A DNA stretch of 63,210 nucleotides, filler included, from Octopus bimaculoides (taxonomy: Eukaryota): NCBI RefSeq assembly GCF_001194135.2. It is 6 parts of 5 records of this genome, joined end to end, with 100 filler letters (N's around TTAATTAATTAA, not from the genome) between each part and the next. Parts side by side here need not be neighbours in the genome. Positions count along the whole stretch, not along the records: positions 57,378 to 63,210 come from NC_068991.1; 5 more parts are not named here. One strand, written 5' to 3'. The notes under the pieces were generated by a model, which searched no databases, was not told the DNA's origin, and worked only from the letters and a program-made list of their open reading frames with translations. This document shows positions 63,139 through 63,210 of this stretch, in pieces (position 1 is the stretch's first letter; each line of letters starts with the position of its first letter). The translations under genes and the position numbers were made by a program.

Positions 63139-63210
63139 TTACCTTTCGAACAAAACACGAAAAAACACATACATAACTATTATTAGGTCTTTAGGACATC
63201 GTTAGCTTTC

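Overview
Eukaryotic, AT-rich, gap-riddled non-coding DNA. The SINE families and microsatellite load look like an Octopus (coleoid cephalopod) draft assembly; this is an inference from remembered repeat families and needs a BLAST check. No intact host protein-coding gene is supportable, and nearly all listed ORFs come from N runs or simple repeats. Identifiable content: more than 30 tRNA-derived SINE copies from about 4 families; two dead maT (DD37D) transposon copies that share the same inactivating lesions; TA-flanked MITEs; a Merlin-like element with an 8-bp TSD; remnants of RLE-type, Tx1-like and RTE-like LINEs; an LTR/PBS junction; and a 5'-truncated U6 snRNA copy fused to the head of a SINE. 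The strongest signal is a dense population of Penelope-like (GIY-YIG) retroelement ends carrying minimal hammerhead-ribozyme motifs. At least four have complete cores (16947-17031, 55886-55944, 56053-56113, 63055-63138) and about ten more are decayed. The best-preserved families each have a different self-complementary stem III. One pair sits back-to-back in a ~590-bp foldback. Five TTAATTAATTAA linkers inside 100-nt gaps are assembly joins, so synteny across them is not guaranteed. All alignments and structures were read by eye; coordinates of degraded repeats are approximate.
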